Below are positions 1 through 8,380 of a stretch of DNA of 33,479 nt, one piece after another. Source of the stretch: a virus; IMG/VR virus record IMGVR_UViG_3300029825_000030, positions 1 through 33,479 of that record; one strand, 5' to 3'. The position numbers were made by a program, and so were the translations under genes. Every line of letters starts with the position of its first letter. The first letter of the stretch is position 1. Below the pieces are notes generated by a model that searched no databases, was not told the origin of the DNA, and was given only the letters and a program-made list of their open reading frames with translations.

Positions 1-99
1 ATTCTATATACTATGCTACTAACGGTAAAGGTGAAGTTACTGACGTCGCAGGCGCAACACGACGACCTCCTGAAGACAATGGAGCGCTTCAACGAAGCC
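1..99. repeat. Terminal overlap identical to 33381-33479 (circular contig closure)
   Basis: Direct comparison shows the window begins and ends with the same 99 nt (attctatatactatgctactaacgg...caacgaagcc). Unit length is 33380 bp. Confidence 0.95.
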
Positions 100-1146
100 T
101 GCAACTACATCTCCGATGTCGCATGGTTGAACCAAGCATTCGGGAAGATCGGGCTCCAGAAGATCCTCTACTACGAAGTCCGAGAGAAGTTTGGGCTTTC
201 TGCTCAGATGGTCGTCCGGGCAGTCGGGAAGGTCTCCGAGAGTTATAAGATCGACAAGTCCGTGAAACACACATTCAAGCCTCATGGGGCGGTCGTCTAC
301 GATCAACGAAACCTGACGATCAAAGGTGCAGATCGGGTGTCGATTTTGACGCTGGAAGGGAGAACACTTGTTCCGATTGCATACGGCGAGTATCGAACTC
401 TTGATCAGAACCGGATCAAGGGACAGGCGGATCTCATCTACCTCGACGGGATCTTCTACCTGATGTTGGTCATCGACCTCCCGGAAGAGAAACAGATCGA
501 GAACCTCGATGGAACGCTCGGCGTGGATCTCGGAATTGTCAATCTGGCAACCACAAACGATGGAATCCGGTTTTCCGGTGAGACGTGCGAGGCTGTACGG
601 AAACGGTACTCGGCGCTTAAGGCACGGCTCCAATCTGTTGGAACGTGGGATGCGAAGAAGCATCTGAAACGGATTTCAAGAAAAGAGAGGAGATTCAAGA
701 GAGACACGAACCATTGTATCTCAAAGCAAATCGTAGAAACGGCACAAGGCACGAACCGGGCGATTGCCCTTGAAGACCTGAAAGGGATTCGTTCCGGTAG
801 CACGGTTTCAAAGCCGTTGCGGTCTGTTCTCGGCAAATGGGCGTTCTATGAATTAGCCTCATTCATCCAGTATAAGGCGCAACTCCTCGGTATCCCGGTG
901 ATCTTTGTTGATCCGAAATACACTTCGCAGCAATGCTCGGTGTGTGGATTCATCAGCAAAGAGAACCGGAAGTCGCAATCCGGATTTGTCTGTCTGAAAT
1001 GCGGGCATTCGGAGAACGCCGACATCAATGCCGCAAAAAACATTGCACTCAGGGCTGCCGTCAACCAGCCTATTGCACTCCGCTCCTCAAATCAAGTAGA
1101 GGAGAGATGGAAGGGCAAGCCCACCCCTTTAGGGGTGGGTAGTTGA
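13..1146 (+). CDS. tnpB: TnpB, RNA-guided nuclease of an IS200/IS605-family (IS1341-type OrfB) element
   Basis: 377-aa ORF with an intact split RuvC: D in LGVDLGIVNLATT, E in AIALEDLKGIR, D in NADINAAKNIA. It has a CxxC...CxxC zinc finger (CSVCG...CLKCG). GC is about 50% versus about 62% for the rest of the window. Confidence 0.9.
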   Translation: MLLTVKVKLLTSQAQHDDLLKTMERFNEACNYISDVAWLNQAFGKIGLQKILYYEVREKFGLSAQMVVRAVGKVSESYKIDKSVKHTFKPHGAVVYDQRNLTIKGADRVSILTLEGRTLVPIAYGEYRTLDQNRIKGQADLIYLDGIFYLMLVIDLPEEKQIENLDGTLGVDLGIVNLATTNDGIRFSGETCEAVRKRYSALKARLQSVGTWDAKKHLKRISRKERRFKRDTNHCISKQIVETAQGTNRAIALEDLKGIRSGSTVSKPLRSVLGKWAFYELASFIQYKAQLLGIPVIFVDPKYTSQQCSVCGFISKENRKSQSGFVCLKCGHSENADINAAKNIALRAAVNQPIALRSSNQVEERWKGKPTPLGVGS

Positions 1147-1165
1147 CGGTAAACGTCCCCTCGAC
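960..1165 (+). ncRNA. Candidate omega-RNA (reRNA) scaffold plus guide of TnpB. Extent is approximate.
   Basis: In characterised TnpB systems the omega-RNA overlaps the tnpB 3' end and right end, and reads into flanking DNA as the guide. Here only the RE hairpin is directly visible. Confidence 0.3.
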
Positions 1166-1453
1166 GGCACGCCGGGGCAACCATATCCCGTCGCCGTCCA
1201 GCCACTCGAACGTGCCGTTCGGGTGCTCCATCACCACGAGGAGGTGATACACATCGACCTCCTGGTCGTATTTGTCGACCATCCAGAACCCGAGATCCGC
1301 GTCGGCGGCGTAGGTCGGCTCCAGCAGGTCGGCATGCACGAACTTGTTCTGCGGCAGGCTCACCAGGTAGGCGAGCGCCACGACGAGCAGCACGGCCCCG
1401 ATCACCGCGCCGATGCGCGCCGGAGTCCAGAAAGAGGTTTTAGTATCAGTCAT
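1070..1453 (-). CDS. Small membrane-anchored protein whose C-terminus is read out of the IS right end
   Basis: 127-aa ORF with an N-terminal TM helix (IGAVIGAVLLVVALAYLV). Its last ~25 codons (1070-1146) run antisense through the tnpB 3' end and RE hairpin, so the native C-terminus was probably replaced by the insertion. Confidence 0.6.
   Translation of the reverse strand: MTDTKTSFWTPARIGAVIGAVLLVVALAYLVSLPQNKFVHADLLEPTYAADADLGFWMVDKYDQEVDVYHLLVVMEHPNGTFEWLDGDGIWLPRRAVEGTFTVNYPPLKGWACPSISPLLDLRSGVQ
1120..1139 (+). repeat. IS right-end subterminal hairpin cccacccc-ttta-ggggtggg, lying inside the last codons of tnpB
   Basis: Perfect 8-bp stem with a ttta loop, in context aagCCCACCCCtttaGGGGTGGGtag. 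It encodes the C-terminal PTPLGVG of TnpB. Confidence 0.75.
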
Positions 1454-1473
1454 GCAAGAGAATATGGGGCGGG

Positions 1474-1486
1474 GGATATATAGGGG
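1474..1486 (-). promoter_or_regulatory. TATA-like promoter motif (minus sense CCCCTATATATCC), 21 nt upstream of the ATG at 1453
   Basis: Same motif and same spacing as at 14126-14145. It fills the 33-bp gap between two genes. Confidence 0.45.
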
Positions 1487-2671
1487 TTACCAGCTACCTG
1501 CCTCGACAAACACTTTCGTCGCCGGAGTGATGGTGCTCCGATTCGACATAATTTTGACGTTTGTGATTGTGACGGCGTTAGTTACATTGTCACTCCAGGA
1601 GCCCTGGATTACGAGCGTGTTACCCGCACAAAACCCCCCAGTTGTGTCTACTGATGCCGTAACTGAGATTGCATGCCCGGCGATTGATGCAGTCCCGATC
1701 ACCTCCCCATCCCTCAAAACCTGAACTTTTAACACGGGACTTGGACCGGACACGCCGGGTGGCGCGTTTGTAATCGATGCACGAAGATTTGACGACATTG
1801 GGATACTGCTGTAAGTCGGCGGAACCGTTATCGTGTATAACGTTTTCCATGTGCCGCTGACCGATTCCGATATATTAACGTTCTTCCGCACTGTCGTACC
1901 AGGTACGTCCACGATCTGCGACGAGGCGCCAACATTCCCAGTCAGAGTTTGGATCGATCCAACGTTTGTGATACTCTTCCCGCCCCAGTTTTTATCGGCG
2001 TCAATCGCGATCTGCGAGATCCCAAATCCCCCGATCTTCCCCGCGATCTCCGCGTCCACATACCCCTTCCGCGCCGCGTCCGCGCTCCCGGACGGAGCAG
2101 GGAGCCCCGTGAGCGCCGAGCCCTGCATATCCACCGGGCCAACCACCTCCAGTTGCGAGGACGGCACGTAGACCGGCGCAGCCACACCGCAGAGGCTCGT
2201 GTTCGCCCGCTCGTCGGTGATCTTGGCCGCGACGATACTTGTAGCCCCGGCCTCCACCCGGACCTGCGCGAGCGAGAGCTCCCAGGTCTCCAGGGTCCGA
2301 GTCAGGGCCGGGGCGACCGGCGACGCGGCAGCCGTGCCCTTTTTCACGACCACGTGCACCGTCCGCCCCACGAGATCCGCCCGCACCACCACCCGGTCGA
2401 TCCGGGGGTAGGAGGGATCAGCAGCCTCGACCGTCAGCGTCAGGGCGGCGTCATTGATGAGGTACCTGCCCTGCACCAGCGCCATCCCCGTCCCGACCGA
2501 TACCGACATCGCCGCAGGCACCGTCGGGGATACTGCGAGTTCGTCGCCGTCATTGTGGACGATCCCGTCCCGCATCATCGTTCTGAAAAGCCGTGCAAAC
2601 GCCTCCGACGTATAGACCCTGTCCGGGGCCTCCGGGTCGGCGGCGTCAAACAGTCCGTAACTCTCTGTCAT
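1487..2671 (-). CDS. Tail fibre or baseplate-associated protein (putative receptor-binding)
   Basis: 394 aa and the last large gene of the tail module, with a 4-nt overlap with the upstream gene. The N-terminal pattern (YTSEAFARLF...GMALVQGRYL...PRIDRVVVR...ITDER) resembles conserved N-domains of siphovirus fibre/upper-baseplate proteins, judged from memory. Confidence 0.5.
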   Translation of the reverse strand: MTESYGLFDAADPEAPDRVYTSEAFARLFRTMMRDGIVHNDGDELAVSPTVPAAMSVSVGTGMALVQGRYLINDAALTLTVEAADPSYPRIDRVVVRADLVGRTVHVVVKKGTAAASPVAPALTRTLETWELSLAQVRVEAGATSIVAAKITDERANTSLCGVAAPVYVPSSQLEVVGPVDMQGSALTGLPAPSGSADAARKGYVDAEIAGKIGGFGISQIAIDADKNWGGKSITNVGSIQTLTGNVGASSQIVDVPGTTVRKNVNISESVSGTWKTLYTITVPPTYSSIPMSSNLRASITNAPPGVSGPSPVLKVQVLRDGEVIGTASIAGHAISVTASVDTTGGFCAGNTLVIQGSWSDNVTNAVTITNVKIMSNRSTITPATKVFVEAGSW

Positions 2672-4824
2672 ATTCTCTTCTCCACATTGTCTTTCCGCTG
2701 CGTCCGGAGGAGCGATACCAGGTCAGGCCACTCCGTCCCGAGCGTCAGCGTTAGTTTCTCGCCCTCACGGGCGTACTCTTCGGTGATCGCGACGATCCGG
2801 GCGTCCATCGCGGCGATGTCGGGATACTCGACGTGGACGATATCGCCGAGGTCGAAATCCTCGCCGTAGCGATACGACGCCGTCCGAATGTACTCCACTT
2901 CCAGCGTCGTCGTGTCCCCGTCCTCTGCGAGTTTCTCCGCACCCCGCCGCTCTAGTTCTGCCTCCGTCGCAAGGTCGCGGGCGTCGACGAACCGTTCCCG
3001 GCGGGCGAGTCCGATCAGGCCGTCCCCCGTCCCGACATCGGCCACCGCTCGCGCTGCTGCCTCGCCCTGTCCCGCGACCACCGCGACCGAGGGGGCGAGC
3101 CCGGTGGACTCGTTGTAACCCTTGATCGTGCAGTTGCCGAGCGCTGGACTGAGTTTGACAGAGCCGGAGCGGTCGGCGCCCTGAACCACCTCGAAGTAGA
3201 GCCGCCGATCGTCCCACGACCATCGGCCGCGATACCCGAGCCCGGACACGGCACAGATAGATTCGAGGAGGTCGGCGAGCACGTCGAACCGCGCCTTCTG
3301 TGCCGTGGTGCCCCCGCGCCCGTCGTCGGTGGGGGAGAGCGCGAGGAACGGCACGATCCGCGCGAGGTCGGCGGGTTGGATGGCGTTGACGTCGACGTAG
3401 TGCCGCATCACCGTTTCCGCCGCTCCGGTCTGCTCGTCGTAGCCGGTGCCGGTGCTGACCCCGTGCAGGCACAGCCGGTCGCCGAGGATGCCGATGATCT
3501 CCCGCCCGGCCACTGTCCACTGCTCCGAGGGGCGGCCGGAGGTGTCGACGCTGATCTGCCGAGTCTCGATGAGCCCGAGCCGGTCTTCGCCGTTGCGCCG
3601 GAAATGCACGAGACGGCCGGGGATAAACTCTTTCGCCGCCGGGAGGTAGCGGTTGATCTGTGCTTTCCACGCGCCGGGGCGGCGGTAGCGCCGCGTCCAT
3701 GAGAGGTAGTCGTAGGCGTCGGCGTATCCGGCGAGGGTCAGCGGGGCGCCGGGGTCGCTGTAGACGATCAGCTCGTCCCGGAGCGCGGCGTTCGTGGCGG
3801 CGATCCAGGCAGGGGAGCGGGGGGTGGAGGAGATCGAAACGAGTGCCAGATTACAGTCTAAAAATAACCCGGCGCCTGCTCTGGAGCAGAGATACGTCGG
3901 AACCGCTCCGCTGCTCGATATACCCGTACTGCCCGGCGCAACAGTGCCGACGCCCCCGTCATAGTAGAGGTATGATGCAGCAGCCTGTTGGTCGAGTACC
4001 CCCCAGACATCATGCCACGCCCCGGCATAATCGGGACGGTACTCCGCGCAGATGATATCTCCGACGCCAAAGAACCGTAGGGCCCCATCACCCATACTCG
4101 CCAGCTGATATACCCCTGCGCCCGCCCAAACCCCATGTTCGAGGATCAGGCGCTCGCTCGCGACAGTTCGATCGGTGCGGAATAATGTTTGGACCGAGAA
4201 ACTCTTCCCCCCCATATCAAGAGTGGACGATGCGGGGATAACTCCGTAATCATCCACCCCATCATACGAGTAGCACGCCCCGAGCGGCCCGGTCGTCAGC
4301 GTCGCCCCGTAGATCGTCGCATGGTTGCCGTTCGGCGACGAGTCCAGCAGCAGCCCGCCGGAGGGTTTCATCCACACGCCCGCGTAGCCGTTCGTCCACA
4401 CCTGCTGCGCCGCCGGTTCTCCGGTATCCCCGACATACCCCGTCATCTCGGCGTGCAGCGGATCATAATAGAGATACAGGTGTGTGTCTTCACCGGGATT
4501 GATCCGGGGCACTCGCACCCAGAGATACGCCGTCTGTGTGGCCGCGCTCCACTCCTTGATCTCGACGTAGCACGGCGTCAGCCCGTCGCCTGCGGTGATG
4601 CAGATGCGTTTCCGGTTCGCATCAGAACCGAGCGCCGTAAACACTTTCGAGACGTCGGCGGCGGTCTTGCCGGAGGAGCCGGAGAGTTTGACCATCGCGG
4701 GGAAGTTCTCCAGCACTCCGGTCACGCTCCCGGCGGGGATGGTGAGCAGGATCGGCTCGTTCGCCCATCCCGGCAGCCGGCCGGCCTGTATCTCGTAGAT
4801 GCTGAGAGGATAGGGGTTACTCAC
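2668..4824 (-). CDS. Large tail-tip protein: DUF2341-like N-domain, LamG/concanavalin-like lectin domain and Gp37-like (ReqiPepy6) C-terminal domain
   Basis: 718 aa. DUF2341-like signature: ENFPAMVKL...YVEIKEW...YLWVRVPRI...LYLYYDP. LamG-like signature: DSSPNGNHATIYGA...YDGVDDYGVIP...FSVQTLF. Gp37-like C-terminus: RFVDARD...YGEDFDLGDIVHVEYPD. It sits after Dit. Confidence 0.7.
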   Translation of the reverse strand: MSNPYPLSIYEIQAGRLPGWANEPILLTIPAGSVTGVLENFPAMVKLSGSSGKTAADVSKVFTALGSDANRKRICITAGDGLTPCYVEIKEWSAATQTAYLWVRVPRINPGEDTHLYLYYDPLHAEMTGYVGDTGEPAAQQVWTNGYAGVWMKPSGGLLLDSSPNGNHATIYGATLTTGPLGACYSYDGVDDYGVIPASSTLDMGGKSFSVQTLFRTDRTVASERLILEHGVWAGAGVYQLASMGDGALRFFGVGDIICAEYRPDYAGAWHDVWGVLDQQAAASYLYYDGGVGTVAPGSTGISSSGAVPTYLCSRAGAGLFLDCNLALVSISSTPRSPAWIAATNAALRDELIVYSDPGAPLTLAGYADAYDYLSWTRRYRRPGAWKAQINRYLPAAKEFIPGRLVHFRRNGEDRLGLIETRQISVDTSGRPSEQWTVAGREIIGILGDRLCLHGVSTGTGYDEQTGAAETVMRHYVDVNAIQPADLARIVPFLALSPTDDGRGGTTAQKARFDVLADLLESICAVSGLGYRGRWSWDDRRLYFEVVQGADRSGSVKLSPALGNCTIKGYNESTGLAPSVAVVAGQGEAAARAVADVGTGDGLIGLARRERFVDARDLATEAELERRGAEKLAEDGDTTTLEVEYIRTASYRYGEDFDLGDIVHVEYPDIAAMDARIVAITEEYAREGEKLTLTLGTEWPDLVSLLRTQRKDNVEKRI

Positions 4825-5066
4825 GTTATCTCATCCTCCGGGATCAGTTCGCAGGGTGCGGGCGGCGTGTCATCATGGTGACAGACGTGCAGCCGGGCGA
4901 CGGACTCTGCCGCCGTCCACCCGGCCCCGGCACGGAGCGCGGCGATCCGGTCGAGGATTTCCGGCCCGGTCTCGTCACCGATCTCCACCCGGATCATCTC
5001 CTGCGGTTCGCCGTTTTCGATCTGCTCTTCGGTCTGCTCCTTGATAATCTCGATGAATTTCCGCAT
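4821..5066 (-). CDS. Hypothetical acidic protein (81 aa) in the tail module
   Basis: ORF with overlapping stop/start coupling to its neighbours and codon usage like the flanking genes. Confidence 0.55.
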   Translation of the reverse strand: MRKFIEIIKEQTEEQIENGEPQEMIRVEIGDETGPEILDRIAALRAGAGWTAAESVARLHVCHHDDTPPAPCELIPEDEIT

Positions 5067-5069
5067 AGT

Positions 5070-5933
5070 TCACACTCCTGTATATCGTGGCGAATACTGG
5101 ATTAGCACGCTCGCGTCGCCGCCGGAATCGGCATAGGTCAGGACATTCGGCCCCGGTTGCATCTGCCAGAACGTCGAGCCGGGCTGCACAATCCCCATGA
5201 GACTTGCTCCCGTCCAATGGCGGCAGGAGGCCGATCCGAACGTGGTCCGGATCTCGACCCATTCTCCTGGCGCGAGGTCGAGCGTCAGCCCGATCTGCTC
5301 GCCAGTAGTCGCGTTGGCGATCACAGGGTTGAGCGCCGGGCCGGTGACGCGGATCGTGACCGGGCTCTCGACGTCGCCGGGGTTGGTGATCGTCACCGTC
5401 GGCGAGACGAGGGCGAAGTGTGTCGGGAACGCGACCGGGAACACCACCCCGCCGGTGAGCCCCTGCAAGTGTTGCTCAAGCGCGTCCTCAAACCAGCACG
5501 GATCGGAGGCGGTCAGGTCCACGGTGACGGTCTGCCAGGTGGGGCCGGCACTCTGTCGCCCCTGTGGGAACGCGGGCGAGGCACTCCCGACGACGCAGCG
5601 GAGGGAGAACGAGTGCTCGCCCTGTATCCAGACGAGCCGCCCCTCGCCGGCGGCCGGGGAGAACGCCTTGGTGATCGCCCGGCGCCGAGCGTAAAGGTCT
5701 TCGATATCCTGCGCCCGGATCATGAACGTCAGCGAGAGCGAGCGGGGGACGAGCAGTGCCGCGAGGAATGTCGCGCCATGCTGATAAGGGGCCTGCACGG
5801 TCTGCACGTCGCACCCGCCGCCGCCGAAGCCGGAGGAAGTCAGGTAAACGTAGACCGGATCGGGGATCTCCTGATCCGGCTCGCGGATGTCGAGGATCGC
5901 GCCGTTAACTGCGTGCCACTGGAGGTGCATCAT
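5070..5933 (-). CDS. Distal tail protein (Dit-like siphovirus tail component)
   Basis: 287 aa, immediately downstream of the tape measure with a 4-nt overlap. The call rests on conserved synteny and size. Confidence 0.6.
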   Translation of the reverse strand: MMHLQWHAVNGAILDIREPDQEIPDPVYVYLTSSGFGGGGCDVQTVQAPYQHGATFLAALLVPRSLSLTFMIRAQDIEDLYARRRAITKAFSPAAGEGRLVWIQGEHSFSLRCVVGSASPAFPQGRQSAGPTWQTVTVDLTASDPCWFEDALEQHLQGLTGGVVFPVAFPTHFALVSPTVTITNPGDVESPVTIRVTGPALNPVIANATTGEQIGLTLDLAPGEWVEIRTTFGSASCRHWTGASLMGIVQPGSTFWQMQPGPNVLTYADSGGDASVLIQYSPRYTGV

Positions 5934-8380
5934 AGCGATCCCTCCAGCGCCGCGTCACGGAGCCCGCGCTTTGTGGCGTCGGCGACCTCTGTGGCGGACT
6001 GTGTCTGGGTGTAGATGTTCTGGTTCAGGACCACTTGCATCCCCCCGACCGCGCCTGCTGCCGGTAGGTTCATCCCCCCGCTGGCTGACGCGGACTCGGT
6101 GGGCTCTGCTGCCCCCCCTCCGCCCCCGGCGGCCACACTTGCCGATGCTGCCGATGCTGCCCCGAATGCGGGCGAGGCGTAGGACGGCGTCTGGATGTCG
6201 AGTTTGGGGATCTGCGGCAGCCCGCCGATCGGGTTGCCGTTCTCGTCGTACTCGACATGATATGTGCGGGCGATGGCCGGGTTGTCATTGACGTACTTGA
6301 CGTATTCCGCCCAGTTCGCCGACTTGATATCCAGCGCCTCGTTCTCGATCTCACTCATCAGGTTCTCGTGAGCGATCTGCGCCTCCTCCCGCTTCTCCAG
6401 CGCAACGTCGAGTTTCTCCTGCTCGTCTTCGAGCATCTGGCTGATCTCGTCAAGCCGCGCCTGAGCGCTCGACACGCTCTCGCCGTTCAGCGCCGTCTCG
6501 ATCTCGACCCGCTCCGCCTGTGCGTCGGATGCCTCCTGCAGAGCGTCCTGATACCGATCCTGCGCGTCGGCTACATCGAGCACTGCCTCCCGCTCCCGGA
6601 GGTAAAGATCTACAAGTTTGTCCTTCGCGGCCGCGTCTCCCTGCCTGGCGAGCGCCTCCGTCTCCTTGATCTCATCCTTGAGCGCGGCGAGATCGCGTTC
6701 GGCCCGGATCTTGCGGATATCCGCCCGCTCGATGTCGCGGTCGGCGTCCTTGATCTTGTCTTCGATCCCAAGCGCCTTGTCGATCGTCTCCTTGAGCTTG
6801 TTGTACTCCTTCTGCAGGTTCGTGACCGTCCGCTGGTGCCCGGTGACCGCTTTCGACGCCTGCTCATATGCCGTCTTCGCCCCATCCGCGAGCCGGCGGG
6901 TCTGGAGTTCAACGTCCCGGGCTGCCTGCGCCGCCCGGTTCTCGGCGAGTTTCAGGTCGAGCGCGGAGAGCGCCGCGTCCTTCTCCGCCTGCGTCAGGTT
7001 GCCGATCGCAACGGTGCCGTCCTCAATCGCTTCGGTCGTGTCTTCAAACTCGCGGGTGAGGTCGCCGGTCGCGAGTTTGTGCCAGCCAGTCGCTTCGGTT
7101 GCCCGCCGGGTCGCGAGCGTACCCCGGTCGGTAACGACCGTCTGCGCTTTGAGCGCCTCGATGTTGGCGAGGATCTCCTGCTCTTCCTTCTTGAGCACGT
7201 CGATCTCGTCCTCGATCGTCTCGGTGCTCTTCTTGGTGAGGTCGGCGGTTTCCCGGAGTGCTTCGTTGTACTCGTTCTGTGCCGTCGTCGCGTCGTTCGT
7301 GGACGCGATCAGCGGCAGGAGCACGGCGCCGAGGGTCGTCACCCCGATGATCGCCAGCCCGAGCGGGTTCGCCATGATCGCGGCGGTGAATCCCTTCGTG
7401 GCGATGGTGGCGGCGATCGTCGATGCCTGGTAGGTGCGGTAGAGGGAGATCGTCGATCCTAAGGAGCCGGCGAGGGTGCCGACCGCCCAGATGGCCGGGC
7501 CGGTCGCGGCGGCGAAGAGCCCGGTGGTGACGATCACTTTTTTCGTGCCCTCGTCGAACCCGGAGATCCATCCGATCCCGTCGCGCACCACCGAAATGAG
7601 ATCCCGGGCCATTGGCATGAGGATCTGCCCGAACTCCTCACCGAGTTCTTTGAGGTCGGCGGTGAGCGCTTTCGTCTGGTTGGCGAGCCCGTCCGCCTCC
7701 CGGGCTGCCGCCCCCTGCACGTCGGTCGTGGCCCGCATGATGAGGTTCAGGCGAGCCTGGGCCTTCTCCGCGTCGGTGGCCGCCTCGGTCCCGCCAGCGA
7801 TCCCCATATTGAGGAGCTCCTGCTCGACCGCAGCCTCGCTCAGAACTACACCGAATCGTCGCATCGGCATGTAGGAGCCAATTATGGCGGCCCGCAGGGC
7901 GACGAACGCTTCCTCGTCGGCGACGTTGTGAAAGGCGCCCATATCGACGGAGAGTTGGGTGATCGTCGTCGAGAGTTCTGCACCCTCCTCGCCCACGAGC
8001 CCCATGGCCTTGACGATGCTCATCATCGTGGCCGTCATCTCTTGGAGGTCGGTCCGGGCGCGACCCTGGGCAGTGCCGTATGCCTCCACCCACTCGTTCA
8101 TGTCGTCGGTCATCTCGCCGAAGACCTGCTCGAACTTCGCCTGAGTCTCACTTGCGTCGCTGGCGAGTTTTACCATACCGACACCGGCGAGGGCCAGCGG
8201 GGCGGTGACTTTGAGGGTTAGGTCGGAGCCGATGCTCGTGAGACGCGACCCGATGGTCTTGAGGTCACCCTCCAGCCCCTCGGTGCGTTTGACCGCCTCG
8301 TCGTATGCCCGCGTCAGCCCGGCGATGTCGCCTACGATCTCGACGACCAGTTTCCCTGCGCTTGTTTCACCGAACATCAT
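5930..8380 (-). CDS. Tail tape measure protein
   Basis: 816 aa with a long coiled-coil, a TM-like hydrophobic central segment and a TP901-type core (MGAFHNVADEEAFVALRAAIIGS...RFGVV). It lies between the chaperones and Dit. Confidence 0.9.
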   Translation of the reverse strand: MMFGETSAGKLVVEIVGDIAGLTRAYDEAVKRTEGLEGDLKTIGSRLTSIGSDLTLKVTAPLALAGVGMVKLASDASETQAKFEQVFGEMTDDMNEWVEAYGTAQGRARTDLQEMTATMMSIVKAMGLVGEEGAELSTTITQLSVDMGAFHNVADEEAFVALRAAIIGSYMPMRRFGVVLSEAAVEQELLNMGIAGGTEAATDAEKAQARLNLIMRATTDVQGAAAREADGLANQTKALTADLKELGEEFGQILMPMARDLISVVRDGIGWISGFDEGTKKVIVTTGLFAAATGPAIWAVGTLAGSLGSTISLYRTYQASTIAATIATKGFTAAIMANPLGLAIIGVTTLGAVLLPLIASTNDATTAQNEYNEALRETADLTKKSTETIEDEIDVLKKEEQEILANIEALKAQTVVTDRGTLATRRATEATGWHKLATGDLTREFEDTTEAIEDGTVAIGNLTQAEKDAALSALDLKLAENRAAQAARDVELQTRRLADGAKTAYEQASKAVTGHQRTVTNLQKEYNKLKETIDKALGIEDKIKDADRDIERADIRKIRAERDLAALKDEIKETEALARQGDAAAKDKLVDLYLREREAVLDVADAQDRYQDALQEASDAQAERVEIETALNGESVSSAQARLDEISQMLEDEQEKLDVALEKREEAQIAHENLMSEIENEALDIKSANWAEYVKYVNDNPAIARTYHVEYDENGNPIGGLPQIPKLDIQTPSYASPAFGAASAASASVAAGGGGGAAEPTESASASGGMNLPAAGAVGGMQVVLNQNIYTQTQSATEVADATKRGLRDAALEGSL

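Larger units (their letters stand above)
1..1150 (+). mobile_element. Right part of a TnpB-only IS200/IS605-family element (no tnpA). The right end lies near the hairpin at 1120-1139.
   Basis: tnpB plus subterminal hairpins of the same design at both ends, with a compositional drop in GC. Exact IS boundaries cannot be fixed without a second copy. Confidence 0.7.

Noticed and set aside
1949-2869. A long plus-strand ORF (306 aa) antisense to the tail fibre gene. Similar cases are 2765-3700, 6257-7462, 10414-11274, 11799-12878, 16542-18245, 19237-20052, 22153-22959 and 26180-26992.
   Set aside because: Their translations are Arg/Pro/Gly/His-rich and low-complexity with no motifs. They lie fully inside well-supported genes on the opposite strand or in another frame. 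They are typical stop-poor shadow frames of ~62% GC DNA.
1487-4824. A diversity-generating retroelement acting on the tail fibre or tail-tip genes
   Set aside because: No reverse transcriptase gene is present, and I saw no template/variable repeat pair in the window.
6400-7300. Periodic, repeat-like sequence inside the tape measure gene
   Set aside because: It is consistent with the heptad-rich coiled-coil coding sequence of tape measure proteins. I found no exact DNA repeats.
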